Of a DNA stretch of 64,000 nt, positions 39,266 through 53,295 are shown piece by piece. The stretch covers positions 88,474,001 to 88,538,000 of the forward strand of contig OX597822.1 of assembly GCA_951406725.2 (NCBI GenBank). The letters run 5' to 3'. The stretch is from Octopus vulgaris. Taxonomy: Eukaryota. Each line of letters opens with the position of its first letter. The stretch's first letter is position 1. The notes beneath the pieces were generated by a model. That model searched no databases. It saw only the letters and a list, made by a program, of their open reading frames with translations, and had not been told where the DNA came from. The translations under genes were made by a program, and so were the position numbers.

Positions 39266-39743
39266 CTGCCAAGCAAATGTGGAAAGGTAAAGCAAAAAGA
39301 AGAGATGATTATTATTTTAAGAAAATTTGTGGATTATAAAAAAAAGGTAGCAGTCTTCTTTGCCTGTTCCTGAGAAATAGAATACGATTCTAGGAATTCC
39401 CAATTGCATTTTCTACCAAATTTCTCAAGAATCTAGGACTGAAGAAACCTGGAAGAGATACCCTAACAGGCATACTTAAGTACATTCAATGTATTTTCTT
39501 TTGTTCTTATTAGTGTATGTTTTTATTTTTTACTTTTTTCGGTCATTAGATTGTGGCCATGCTGGGGCACCACCTTGAGGAATTTTTAGTTGACTGTATC
39601 TAACCCAGTACATTTTTTTTTTCTTTTAGGCCTGGTACTTATTCTATTGGTGTCTTTTGCTGAACCACTAGTTTACAGGGACATAAACACACTAACACTA
39701 GTTGTCAAGCAGTGGTAGGGGACAAGCAAAGATACAAAAACAC

Positions 39744-39774
<31 letters not shown>

Positions 39775-40672
39775 CATACATATTTTTTTACTGCCCACAA
39801 GGGGCTAAACATAGAGGGGACAAACAAGGGCAGATAAAGGGATTAAGTTTATTACATCGACCCCAGTGCAAAACTGGTACTTTATTTATTGACCCCAAAA
39901 GGATGAAAGGTAATGTCGACCTCGACAGAATTTGAACTCAGAACGTAACAACAGATGAAATACCGCTAAGCATTTTGCCCGGCGCGCTAACGTTTCTGCC
40001 AGCTCGCCACCCTATATGTATATACATATACATACATATATATATATATACAACAGGCTTCTTTCAGTTTCCATCTACCAAATCCACTCACAGGGTTTTG
40101 ATCTGCCTGAGGCTATAGTAGAGGACACTTACCCAAGGTGCCATGCAGTGGAACTGAACCCCAAGCTTCTTACCACACAACCATGCCTGTGCTTATATGT
40201 AAAAAAATATTTATACACACACACACATGCAAGTATATCACTATACATATTTTCTCATTGTGATGTGGCCTTTTCTTTGCAATTAACTTTATTAAAGCCT
40301 ATTGCCTATCTTCAGTATTTCCTTATGGTATGAGTAAGAGTGTGTGTAATTTTAGTAAAATATACCTATTGTACCAAAACCAGATGACAAATTTCAAAAA
40401 GCTTTCTCCCAATTAAAATAATTAAATAATTCTCCCTAATTTTGGCTCAAGACCAGTAATTTTGATGGAAGGAGACAAGTCAAATTCATTAACTCCAGTA
40501 CTTGACTGGTACTTTATTTCATTTGACCTTGAAAAGATAAAAGGCAAAGTTGGCCTCAGCAAGATTTGAACTCAAAAATGTAAAGAACCAGAAAAATGCC
40601 ACTAAGTATTTTGTCTGAAGCACAAATGATTCTGCCCAAAATAATTAAATAATTAACAAAAAAAAAACCTAC

Positions 40673-40756
40673 CTGTTCATCAGTTAGAAGAACCAGTCTT
40701 GTGACGATGATATTCACTGCATTGCCGATGCTCACATCATGGTACAGTTTGGCCAC
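40673..40756 (-). CDS. ADAMTS6: ADAMTS exon (VAKLYHDVSIGNAVNIIVTRLVLLTDEQ)
   Basis: gtcag/gtaggt; 84 nt; phase 0 to 0. Confidence 0.95.
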
Positions 40757-41250
40757 CTGACCTCAAAATACGAAAACATATACCAAGCTGATCAATACTT
40801 TAGTGTCAGTGTTCCAACAAACTAAGAATAATTAGCATAGAATTAATTATTTAATTAGTCAAGTCAGCACCAAGTTAGTAGCAGAGAATCAAGGGCAGTC
40901 CCAGCTGGGTTAGTATCAAAAAGGTTAAGCTAAACTTTTGGAAATGTTTTATGTATTTCATAGTTCCTCTGATAAGTTATAGTTGTAATTTCTTAATTAG
41001 TGTAATATTTTCTGATTTGGTGTGAATCCAGCTCCTCAAGACAGGTACACAGGTAGTTAGTTATATTATCAACAACTCAAATATTCACAGTTGTAAATCA
41101 AAAAGTTACAATGCAGATGTAGTATCTGTAGGTTTCTTATTTGCTTGCCAAAATTTGTGTGTGTGTGTGTGTGGTGTGGTGTGGTGTGGTGTGGTGTGGT
41201 GTGGTGTGGAGTGGTGTGTGTGTGTGTGTGCGCGCATGCACATACACACA

Positions 41251-42368
41251 CACAGCAGTTAGCTGAAAAGTTCATAGGGTGACCAAGATACTCTCATGGA
41301 ATGTGACCAAATGAGGTTTATTTTTCAACGTAGCCCCTACCCCCGTCCCTTGTGGTCCACAGGAGAATAGCGAAGCTGATCAACCAGTTCAAAGTTACAG
41401 TCATGCAAGCAACCATTGAAACCAAGGACTTGTGTGCTGGAGCATTGTCCTTATGAAACAAACCTTGCTTTATCAGTTTTCCTGATCGTTTGGGTTTGAC
41501 AGCCTTTCATAACTGCCTCAGCAAGTTGGTACAGTATTTTCTATTGAGGAAGTGGCCCTTTTGAAGATATTCAATAAGCACAATGTTTTTTGCATCCCAA
41601 AAGACGGAGACCATCACCTTCCGTGCAAATGAAATGACCTTGGCCTTCTTTGGAGCAGGTGAGGAGAAGTATTTCCACTGCATGGATTATCTCTTTGTTT
41701 CTGGCTCAAAGTGATGAACCCAACACTCATCCTGCATTAGGAGACATTCAAGGAAATCAACTGGATCTGTCTGAAACAATGTCAGATTTTCCCATGAGAT
41801 GATCAATCTGATGTGCTTTTGATCAGGTGTCAGAAGACTTGGTACTCACCAAGCAGAAACTTTCGTCATGGATCCCATTGGTGAAGACACTTTCCTCCTG
41901 TTGATCAAAAAAAGTCATCATGTATAGAATATTCTCAACTCTTTCTATGCATTGATTTGTCAATTGCCTGTCATCCATCATCATGTGGTGAACACAATCA
42001 ATGTTTTCATTGGTGGTGGGAGTTGCAGGACATCCAGATCTTGGGTCATCTTCAAGACTCTCTGTTCCTCTCCTTAATTCAGCTGCCCACTTTTGCATTG
42101 TTGATAAAACTGGAGCATCATCCTCTAAGTATATCAGCAATAATTATCCTTGGGGACTAAATCCTTTTTCTGTAGGCCCTTCACAACACCACAATGCCAA
42201 CTTTTGTCAATTTTCAAGAGAAGTCGCAACTAGTTACTTTTGAAGTCTTCTTTGAAAAGTCAGATGTCAATTTACCAGGAAAGAATCAATACATTTATTA
42301 GGAAGTGTTGAAATTAATGCATGCATCACTCATTCATAGTCAACTTATGAACTTTTCAGTCTGCCTTG
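41251..42368 (-). mobile_element. Defective mariner with both TIRs
   Basis: TIRs gctgaaaagttcata and tatgaacttttcag; STMQKWAAELRRGTESLEDDPRSGCP helix-turn-helix region. Confidence 0.8.
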
Positions 42369-42501
42369 TGTGTGTGTGTGTGCGCACGTATGAGAACGTG
42401 TCTGAGTATGTGTGTGTGTGAGTGTGTGTGTGTGTATCTCACTATATTTCCAATATTCATAATTGCCAATATATATATACAAATGTCTGTACATGCTAAT
42501 G

Positions 42502-42555
<54 letters not shown>

Positions 42556-42568
42556 TGACTATACTTAC

Positions 42569-42777
42569 AATATTCATAATAGTCAATATGTAAGGCTCAA
42601 TTTCATGAAGCCCATGGTAACTTAGCATCATTCTATCAGCAACCACAAGAGTTTCCACATTCTGCTCTCGACTTACTGACCTCTTCTTTTTCCGCCATCT
42701 ACGAGGGCCAAACCTTGAAAATTTATGATGGCCAGAACTATGCCCAGAATGCTGAGGATTTTTTTTGTCTTCCACAT
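42569..42777 (-). CDS. ADAMTS6: ADAMTS exon: furin site and start of catalytic domain ([20 protein letters not shown]...YILTIMNI)
   Basis: caacag/gtaagt; 209 nt; phase 1 to 0. Confidence 0.95.
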
Positions 42778-44239
42778 CTGTTGTCAATAATAAATGAGAT
42801 TATTGCATTTAGCCACTATTATTCATGTTTTTAGAATTATGAAGAAGAGAATATGAAAAATGTAACATTCATACATTTCTCAAGAATATTAACAGTAAAA
42901 GAAAATAAATGGTCAGACAATTGGAAGGGGTGGAGCAGCTCAGTTCCAATATATTACTGGCATTTCATTTTATTGACTATCAAAAAAGGCAAAGTTGACC
43001 CCAGTAGGATTTGAACTTAGAACATTATGAGCCAAAAAAAAATGGTACTAAGCATTTTATTCAATATACTAACATTTCAGCCAGCTCACTACAATAACAA
43101 CAACAATACAACAATGGCAATTATAATAATAATCAGAACATAAAGACAAATGGAATACCACTAAGCATTTCGGCCAGCATGCTAACAATTCTCCCACCTT
43201 GTCACCTTCATTAATAATCAATAATATTAATACGCTTAGTTTTTTTTTTCTTTGTTTTTGTACGTACCTGTGGTGTGTGTCACACTTCAAAGGAAGAAGT
43301 AAAAAGGTTGAAGGGAGAGGTACAAAGAAAAAGAGAAATAAAAGGTGTTAAGCAGAGGAGGTATACTTGAAGTGAGTGGCAAAGCCTTTACTGCAATAAT
43401 ATTGCAGAGATTGAGCAAGCATCTGGAAGAAAACAACCTGTTTCCAGAAATGTTAAGAATTATAAAGAGACAAGCAAATGATAGAGTCCTAAATATCAAG
43501 ATGATACAAAATGTCTACAAAGAAAGACAGGTGTGAGTGTAATGAAATGGCAAGATTTAATCATAGAAAGTAGTGAGAATATAAAAGAATATAGTTTCAT
43601 TGAAAGTAAAATATCTGCTATGGCTTAATATGAGAGAAAATATGTGTTGTATAAACTTAACATTGGAGATATGAGTTTAATTGACAAAAAATGGTGCATT
43701 GAAAGAAATGCGGTTGATTTGTTAAAGGAATCTAGATTAAATCTCAGATGTTATAATATACAGAAGAGATTAACAGCTTAGATTCCAGAAAATATTTATG
43801 AATCAGGACTGGGTGTGTGGTAAATAGCTTGCTTACCAACCACATAGTTGTGGGTTCAGTCCCACTGTATGGTACCTTGGGCAAGTGTCTTCTACTATAG
43901 CCTCAGGCTGACCAATGCCTTGTGAGTGCATTTTGTTAGACGGAAACTGAAAGCAGTCCATCGTGTGTGTGTGAGTGTGTGTGTATGTGTGTGCGTGTGT
44001 GTGTGTGTGTGCGTATATCTTTATGTGTCTGTGTCTGTGCCCCCACCATCACTTGACAACCGATACTGGTGTGTTTACGTCCCTGTAACTTAGTAGTTTG
44101 GCAAAAGAGACCAATAGAATAAGTACTGGGCTTACAATGAATAAGTTCTGGGTTAATTTGTTCAACTAAAGGTGGTGCTCCAGCATGGTTGCAGTCAAAT
44201 GACTGAAATAAATAAAAGAGATAAAAGAAATACACACAC

Positions 44240-45190
44240 AGATATATACACCAACTATTACCAGAGGAATGTTTCAACCACTGTACATCAGCTGATCTCT
44301 TCTGGTTCACTGCCACCCACTGCCACGGACCTTATTGTCACCACACTCCAAACTTCCACTATCTATTTGGTCCCTAATATACATAAATAAAATAATCCCA
44401 ACCACCCTATTGTCTCTGTTTGCCCCACAAAACTTTTATCTTCCTACCTAGACAAACTTTTATCCCCTCTTGTCGCTGTCCTACCTTCACATATCAAAGA
44501 CACTAACCATGCACTACACCTCTTCAAAGCATTCTCTTTTCCATCTGGTGAACCCAAACTTCTTTTCACCATGGACTTTAAATTTTTGTACACAGTCATC
44601 CCTCACGACAGTGGTCTACTAGCTCTTAAACCATCTTAGACCATCGTTCTGCATCTGAACCCAGTATTACACTCTTCCATCTAGCTGAGCTCATCTTAAC
44701 ACTCAATTGTTTTTCCTTCTCTGGTGAACTCTATAAGCAGTGTTGCTATGGGTACCAGGATGGACTCCAATTATGCCAACCTCTGTGTAGGTTATGTAGA
44801 GGAGCAAACCTTTGCTCACTTCTCTGGACCTTTTCCAGAGCTGTATGGCCATTGCATCAATGACTGTACTGGCACCACATGCCTTAACAGACAACAACGC
44901 AACAATTTTATTTCTTTTGTTAACACCTTTCCCCCTGCCTTGGAATTCACCCACACAATATCTGATACTTCTGTTTGCTTTCTGGACATCTCCATCAAAA
45001 TCTTATCAATTATTTATAAATGTATAGTGTAATTATAACGTCTTCATTTATATTGTAAATTTATTTTATGCTATTGAGACCTGAAGAGTGGCTGTGTATC
45101 GTTGGATCGAAGAAATATTAATTTTTGAGATTATTGATTTTGATATCGTAGATTTGTATACATAGTCACGAAACACGCGTCTTCGTTTTA
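44240..45190 (+). mobile_element. Penelope-like reverse transcriptase remnant followed by a hammerhead-like terminus
   Basis: YLVPNIHK..HPIVS..LSSYLDKLL..LPSHIKDT..FTMD..LYTVIP..VAMGTRMDSNYANL; CUGAAGA-stem-GAAAC at 45081-45181. Confidence 0.85.
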
Positions 45191-45642
45191 ATGTGTATTT
45201 TTTTAATGTGTATTATTTAGTATAGAAATTTTTAGTACAATATTGATAGTAATGCAATAAATATATGCTGTCATTTTCCTAGATTTTATCAGCATAATCA
45301 CAATCTACTTTATCAATAATCTATCACTGCAAAATTTCATGCAAAAAAATGTGTATTTTTCATAAAGTTGTAAGACACTCATCTTGCACCTCTTATGTTA
45401 ACTCTATCAGTATCTCTCATATACACTTCTGCACCTTCTCTCTATCTATATGATGTAAAGCAGGGCTGAAGAAATCAACCAACCAACATTTGAATCAGCT
45501 ATTATTGAATATTGGTGCTTCAATTTCTGTTGAAATAAACTTTCAATGTGTCACAGTTGTGGTCAACTCACATGGTTTGAGTTGTTTTACATATACTTTA
45601 TGATTGCAGTTGATAACAAAGATGACAACTTAAAGACCCTAC

Positions 45643-45793
45643 CTTTCACTCCACAATGAGCTGCTCCACCAGGAAGTTTCAAGGCAGATTTCTTGTAAAC
45701 AATATGAGGATACCCTTCTCGTTCCACATCGTTTGTATGATTCCACAAAGGTTCCACAAAATAGTTATCTTCAGCTGTTGTAAAGACACCTTG
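45643..45793 (-). CDS. ADAMTS6: ADAMTS exon: prodomain (QGVFTTAEDNYFVEPL...PHIVYKKSA...HCGVK)
   Basis: attcag/gtaggg; 151 nt; phase 0 to 1; not in the ORF track. Confidence 0.92.
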
Positions 45794-47236
45794 CTGAATT
45801 AAGAAAGAAAAATAGTTATTATCATACAGTTATGAAGCCAAGAAGTTTTTTACAAAAAAATGAATAAATAAAAATAAACAACAGTGAATTTGTACCCTTC
45901 ATGCATTTCCAGTTGCAATATTAGAGTGAGTGAATTATTGTGAAAGCATAACTGTGGGAATTCAAAACTTTGTACAATGAGAATCTACATCTCACTATAA
46001 ACTTTCCATTCAATATTAATTTAATTAGGTTCAAATTGTATAGAAAAATATAACTGATTGGTTTCATCCAAGTATATTACTACGATGTTGCAGGGCAAAA
46101 TGAAAGGTAAACCCCACCAAAAGATTTGAACTCAGAAAGTAAAACATCACCCAATTATCATTGGTTTCTTTCTTACTAAATACTAGGGAAGATGCATCAC
46201 AGAGTACATATTATACCTTAGATGGCTGAGTGGATAATGTCCTTGACTATGTGAACTTTGGTTTGAGTACAAATCCACTACAGGCATTTTGTTGTGTTTC
46301 TGAGCAGAGTACATTATTCTCACTGCCCTAAATAAAAAAAACTATCTTTTAGGAATATAGTTACCAACTAAGAATTTATTTATTTATTTATTTAGGGCAG
46401 AGAAGAGATATCTACTCTGATATATTGATCACAATGTAGATATTGTGTGAGGATATTAGGAAAGTGGGATGGAACAGTTCTCTCAGTTAGGAATGCCATA
46501 TTTTAGATCTTAAGAGAAAGACAGATTATATGTGGTAAACATAAAAGTAGAGTAGTGTAACAGGTTAGTTCAAGGAAAGTGAAATATAGGTAGCAAGTTC
46601 TGAGGGGCAAAATCAGTTAAAATATTTAATGGGTATAAGTCATCTTCATTAGAAAATTGTAGTTATCTATTACAAAAGAGATTCTGAACAATGACTAAAC
46701 AGGCTTTAAGTCTTTTGTTACCATATTTCTGCTGAAATAACAACCTTTGTTTCAATTTAATTTTTTAAAATTATGAAGAATTTAGAAAAATAACTTATTA
46801 TTAAGCTGGTGTTTAAAAATAGATTAACATGAAATTTTGATGAAAGATTTTAATTTAGATCACTTTAACACTTTTGTTATCATATTTCTGTTAAAATACA
46901 CTACTTTTGTTTCAATTAATTCGGAAAATAATGGAGAATTTAATTAAATAACTGTCCTTACTAATTAAAGTGGAGTTGGAACATAAATTAACATGAAATT
47001 TTGATGAAAAATTTTAATTTAGGCCACTTTAAAAAAAGAAATTTATACCATAAAACCAAGGATGGTCTCAGGCAGATAAATCTGAAAAGGGTTAAGGATA
47101 TCATTAGCTCAAAGTGTTAAGATCTAAGTAACAATTCACTAAGTAATGAATTAATTGAAAATTTTTTTAAATATGATTGAATGATCTTTAAAGTTTCTAA
47201 CAGAAAATATGAAAAAAATTATTTTATTTTACTTAC

Positions 47237-47640
47237 CAGACCATGACAATTACTTAAGGCAGCTTCTGATTTATATGGTTGGTAGCTGAAGCCTTCAAAA
47301 TGACATCGATGGACATCAAAATGCTGTTTCTTAACACCATATTTATCCCAGTATTCAACAACAAAATTACTGGAAACCAGTTTCTTATTCAGTGTCAAAT
47401 TAAAATGAAAATCATTGCCATAGGCTGACAATTTGTAGAATACACGATCATGGATATAATAATTGGACCAGAAATGTCCAGAACCAGGGCCTTGAAAAAT
47501 TTGGCGCTTTTTACGGTTTGTTGTTGATGGCTCGTGTTCTTCACCAGAAATTTCCAGGTTGTAACTAAGAAACTCTCCTTTCCGATTAACTAGAGTTGGT
47601 ATGACGAGCTCGTAGTGGGACAGCTGTCCAATAAGTTGTT
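47237..47640 (-). CDS. ADAMTS6: ADAMTS exon: prodomain (QLIGQLSHYELVIP...NRKKR...FYKLSAYGNDFHFNLTLN...ALSNCHGL)
   Basis: ttacag acceptor, gtaagt donor; 404 nt; phase 1 to 0; reprolysin propeptide pattern. Confidence 0.93.
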
Positions 47641-47849
47641 CTGTAAAATACAGAAAAATATAAGAATGCTATTTTGTATTTGCTGGGTAAACAAAAGATT
47701 TATTCAAATTTATGCTCATCAACATGGCTAGCACTGTTCACTAACAACTAATATGAGATTTCAGGTGAGCAGCAGAAACCTGCCAGAGATAAGGAGACTA
47801 AATATAAGCAACATGTTCCCAATATATTTCACTAGTTCCTGATATTTCG

Positions 47850-48535
47850 TGTCACTCCAGTTACGACAACGAGGGTTCCAGTTGGTCTGATCAATGGAAC
47901 AGCCTGCTCGTGAAATTAATGTGAAAGTGGCTGAGCACTCCACAGACGCATGTTTTATTGTTTGTTCCTTCTCGAGCCATCCCTGGCTCATAGGGCCAGT
48001 TTCCCAGTTTCCTTGGTGTATAGGTTCCCCACCTGGATGGGACGCCAGTCCATCGCAGGTGAGCTGCAAGATGCAGGAGGAAAGAGCGAGAGAAAGTTGT
48101 GGCGAAAGAGTCAGCAGAAGTTTGCCATTACCTTCTGCCGGAGTCGCGTGGAGCTTAGGTGTTTCGCTCATAAACACACACATCGCCCGGTCTGAGATTC
48201 GAACCCACGATCCCTCAACTGCAAGTCTAGCCACTAGGCCATGTGCCTCCACACAGACATGTGTATCCTTAATGTAGTTCTTGGGAGATTCAGTGTGACA
48301 CAGTGTGTTGCAAGGCTGGCCCTTTGAAATACAGGTACAACAGAAACAGGAAGAAAGAGTGGGAGAAAGTTGTGGTGTAAGAGTATAGCAAGGTTCACCA
48401 CCACCCCCGGAGCCTCGTGGAGCTTTAGGTGTTTTCACTCAATAAACACTCACAACGCCCAATCTGGAAATTGAAACCATGATCCTATGACCGTGAGTCT
48501 GCTGCCCTAACCACTGGGCCATTGCACCTCCACAC
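47850..48535 (-). mobile_element. Family C SINE with a related SINE nested inside (~47950-48252)
   Basis: Collinear with 33015-33386 once the insert is removed; cacagac duplicated at both junctions. Confidence 0.7.
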
Positions 48536-49299
48536 TTGATATTTAATGATATACTGAACACTAACGATGTCCTCTAATAGATATCCCTAAAATGTTACCT
48601 TCTGGTGGAAAATGCCGTTTTTCCAAAACTGTTTGTGACTTTTCACCACTATATAATGACAAATGTTGTTAAAAAACTTAAACAGAACCTCACCTTTCTT
48701 CAAAGATAGTAAATAATTCTGGTCAGGAATTGTCTTTATGTCATATGTAAACTAACAGAATTTCAACTTTTCCTTGGATGATCAAGAAACTTATCGTGGG
48801 TTAATTAATGAACTATCTTGAAAAGTATCTTATTGCTTTGATTAAGTCTAGATCTATATTTAAATTTGAAATTAGTATAGAAGTGAGTTCTTTAGGCCTA
48901 CAATAAAACATAACTGAGAGGTACCTGATTTTTCATCAAATTCTAAATGAATTTTTTAACTTTTGTAAGTCTTAAGTTTTTTCTTCACCCATTTTTCTTT
49001 GATATCCTGTGTAATTGTTATGTCTTTATGGATAAACAATTACACTGCGACAGTGAAATGACAGTATAGTCAAAACAAATGGCAGTAACCACATGGAATG
49101 CAACAACAATCTTTTAAGAATCAACAATCCAACACACTAACTCAAACTGTAAATTTTGAACTCCAGCTTTGAACTATCAACACATAAACTGTGGAATTAG
49201 CATAATGATTTTATTAAAACCACAGGATTAAACAAAGAAAAGACAATGCACGGAACAAATAGGGGTCAGGGACTTGTTGGATGAGATTACATATAGTGA

Positions 49300-50290
49300 A
49301 TAAAAATATAATTGCAAATGAAAATGAAAGAATGAATGGACATGGAATGGGTTTGACCCCCAACAACCACATTACCATTTACTTTGCCCTACCCCACCCC
49401 ACCCCTGCTTAATTAGGCACTTACATTCAGACTACTTACTTCCAAGTTTTTTGACATCAGGCATTTCTTCTCCAGATGTGCTTTCCCTTTTAAGTGATAT
49501 AAAAAGAGGTTAACCAAAGCACACCCAGAGACAAAGGTGCCTGATGTGATACCTCTTCCACACGTCCTCCATATCACCTCTTTCGCTATATCTATTACGG
49601 CTAGAAAGCAGAATTTCTCTTCTCCTTTTAGAGAAGATGGCAGAATGATCTTAATAATTGACTCAGCTGACAGCTGTATTCTCCCCAGCTATGACAATAC
49701 CTGTTCAGTAGAAACTCACAGGTCTGAGAGACTCAGATACTGCATGATTGCATGCAAAACTGTTTTGTTGCTCTGCCCGCAATGTGGGCATGTAGGCGAA
49801 TCCATGACACCATGCCTCACAAGTTTATCCTGAACTGGTAAGGCACTTCAGAAGCACAGCCAAGCCAGGGACCTCTAGAAGTTGTCCATAGGTCCTGGGC
49901 CGAAAGTCCTTCAATGCAGGTTGGCAAGCTGACTTTCATCAAAACCCAGCATCTACACAGGCTGTCATCACACTTGCCCCCTACCAGCCTTCTACAGTAA
50001 GCCGAGGTGGTACCCACTTTGCTGGAATTGCTTGTTCAGGGGAGAAGCATGAGTCCCTGTTGACACTCTGCTTGCCAAGCTCCCACCCTTGGTCTATGCC
50101 TGATCCAGCATTCCAGTTCACCAAAAGAAGTGAACCTGGGAAATATCTCATCAACGAATAGAGACCACACCCACTCACCATCCAGGTAGAGCCAGAGATG
50201 CCTCAACCACAGCGCATGCCTACACATCTTTAGCCATGGCTTCCCTAACCCACCCTTTAGTGGGTGTTGGCAGCAGATATAGTGCTCATC
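49300..50290 (-). mobile_element. Tx1/L1-clade LINE ORF2 C-terminal remnant
   Basis: CCQHPLKGGLG; zf-RVT-like ALPVQDKLVRHG..CPHCGQSNKTVLHA; FLAVIDIAKEVIW. Confidence 0.75.
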
Positions 50291-51895
50291 AACAACATTC
50301 ATCATAACACTTTTAATTTCACTTTCTGCCTGCAGTGCGGCTATAACAGTTTGTAGCAGGCTGGATGTGATGTGCCATATTAGTTTGATATAATGCAACC
50401 CACTACTGAATATAGCGTGTAGATGTAACGCTTGAAGGTTTCCATGTCAGAGTACCAGTAAACATCGAAAAATTAATACCAAGAAGGAAGAAATATTATT
50501 TACATATGTTTATTCATTGCCCGACAAGTACTTAAAGAGACAGCAGCAATTCTAGAAATAGTAACAAGGTTGGCTTGCTGGTTAGTAGTTGGTAGTGTAG
50601 AAAAAGGTTGTCTGTCAGTAGAAAGTGAAAGAGTAAGGAATGCGTAGTGCTTACTAGAAAGAAATAAAGGGTAAAGATGACATCGCCTTTCTTGCGGTTG
50701 AAAGCCTCTCTTCGCATGTCAAGTGAAGGGCGAAAGGAAGTGTTGCTCTTGGTTAAGGCTGACGCAATAGCTGACACATAAGAAGAGATAGGAAATTTTC
50801 TTTGTTATATAGACTATGGTCAGTAATGTAGGTCAAACCTTAAACAAAAGACTGACCTTTCTGTAACCAGCACAGGTCCTAGTGTTTCTTCATCAATCGT
50901 CTAGTGTGGAGAGGATTTCCCGCTTATTTTGACAAGCAACAAGCCAGTGGATTTGGTTTCAAATCTCAAGCAGGGTCAAGCTAGACCCTTACAAGTCTCT
51001 TCTAATGGTTTCATATTTTTTGGAATTAATCCCAAAAGGCAGCCCACATGACCGACTTTTTTCGATGGAATGTATTGAATTTTGAAATTATAATTTAGTA
51101 ATATTACACCCCAATGTTGCAGGTGGTTCGCAGTATGAGTCGGTAAACCTTTTTTAGACCCATAAATCAACTGCAATGGTCTATGGTCTGTTTGCAAAAA
51201 AAAAACTTCTGCCATGCAGAAACCAGTGAAATTTTTTAATTGCAAAAATAATTGCTGGGGCCTCCTTTTCAGTTTGACTATATCTCGTCTCTGCCACTAT
51301 TAGCAAATGCAAAACATGAACCACTGGTTTTGTACTTCTGTTTTCATATTTATGAAGTAAAACTGCACCTAATCCATGCTTGGAAGCATCAGACACTACA
51401 ATGATGTCCATTTTGGGATCATAATGTACTAACGACAGGTCTGAGATAAGAATTTTTTTTATTTCTTCAAAAGTGTTCTGGCATTTAGTGGACCAATTCC
51501 ACTTTACTCCTTTTTTAAATAAGTCGTTCAATGGAGCTCTTAACTTGTGCATATTAGTAATGTAGTTTTGGTAGTAGTAAAGTTGGAATATTTGTCAGCA
51601 CAAGCATATTCCTTATTGCATCTACCCTCAATGGATCAGGATGTCTACCACTTTTATCCATTATTTACCCTAAGTACTTAATTTAGGGTAGAAAGAATTT
51701 GCATTTTTCTTCACTCAAAATGAATCTGAAAAGTTTAATTTTCTTAAACCACAGCTTTTATGTGTTCCACATGTTGTTCGTGAGAATTACTCTGGATAAA
51801 AATATCGTCCAAGTACAGGATTGCAAATTCGCAATCAGATAACATAGTATCCATGATTTTCCGGAATATTTCTGGTGCAACTTTTAATCCAGAAA
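50290..51895 (-). mobile_element. Ty3/Gypsy pol remnant (RT-RNase H), interrupted by a solo LTR
   Basis: GLKVAPEIF..YLDDIF; SDASKHGLGAVL; YSQTEKE; TDHRPL; KPLEET resumes as TVIAALQAE after the LTR. Confidence 0.9.
50352..50993 (-). mobile_element. Solo LTR (TGTA...TACA)
   Basis: TG..CA ends, TATA-like tctatataac, near-TSD agtt/agtc; homologous to 59645-60232 in the opposite orientation. Confidence 0.75.
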
Positions 51896-53244
51896 TTAAC
51901 TTTGCTTTTTATTCTTCCAGCACTGATAAAATAAGTATGGTTTAATTGATTATATACCCACACCCCTCAAAATGTGTTAGAAATCATTACAAATAATTAT
52001 ATTATTGGTACTAAAATTAGAATCTTTGCCAGTCAATTGATCATAATGAATATTATAGTTGCAGTTTATCGATCATGTCATGGAACACAAAGGATTGGGC
52101 TTTTGACAGTATTTCATATACACTTCTGGGTTCAAATCATAACAAGTTTGTCTTTTACATTATTTTTTATTCTTTCAGAATTGATTTAAATAAGCACCAA
52201 TAGTGTACCTATTTTTTTACTGCCCACAAGGGGCTACACACAGAGGGGACAAACAAGGAAAGGCAAATGGGTTAAGTCAATTATATCGACCCTAGTGTGT
52301 AATTGGTACTTAATTTATTGACCTTGAAAGGATGAAAGGCAAAGTCAACTCAGCGGAATTTGAACTCAGAACGTAGCGGCAGATGAAATACCGCTAAGCA
52401 TTTCACCCGGCGCACTAACGTGTCTGCCAGCTCACCACCTTAATATACCATGTCAATTTATTTAAATACAAAAAAATGGATCAAACGTCCTTCCTGAGCC
52501 ATAGGTTCTTAAGGCCAGTTTCCTGGATTTGTGTATATATTTCCTTCCTGGATGGGATGAATGTTTGTCACAGAATTACACATTTTTGCCAGTTGAGTGG
52601 ATTGGAGCAACATGAAGCAAAGTGTTTTATTCAAGAACACAATGCATTGCTATCCAGAAATCGAAACCACAATTTTACAATCATGAGTACAACACCCTAA
52701 CCACTAAACCACAAGCCCCCACTTATTTAGCTACACTCACATATGATAACAGGTCTTGTAAAAGCATCAACTGTTTCACAAAAAAAGAGTCCCCAGAGCA
52801 CACTAATTTATCTTTTCAAAACTATTGCTCCAAATCAAGGCTTTAATGCCATTGTAGCCAGTCTAATAGGGCAACCTCCCTATATGAGATGGGATGCCTT
52901 GGATGAAAATAAATAGCTAGAAAAACAAACATTAACAGTGTTATCAACAAATAAAACATTATTTCATTGTTTCACTTAAGAGCAGAGACTCATTAGAACA
53001 GACCATGGGCTGAAGTCATTTTGATAAACATGAAGAACAAACAGCTTCAATAAATATACATACAATTTGTCAAACTTTAAATGTTTACTTAACAGAGTTG
53101 GAATTTAGCAGCATGCTTGTGTGTGAGCATGCGTGCATGCGTGTGTGCATATGTATGTGTATGTGTATATATGTGTGTGTGTGTGTAAATATATGCATAT
53201 AAAAGTATGTGTATATATATATATATACATATTTACATATATAC

Positions 53245-53295
<51 letters not shown>

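Larger units (their letters stand above)
1..47640 (-). other. ADAMTS6: ADAMTS6/10-like gene span (23 coding exons in window; 5' signal-peptide exon not identified; 3' end runs off the left edge)
   Basis: Manually spliced GT-AG exons join in frame into ~1100 aa with the full ADAMTS domain order. Many segments closely match my recollection of vertebrate ADAMTS6 ([42 protein letters not shown]). Confidence 0.93.

Noticed and set aside
47761-48438. 225-aa ORF, the longest in the track
   Set aside because: Lies almost entirely within nested SINEs; no domain pattern.
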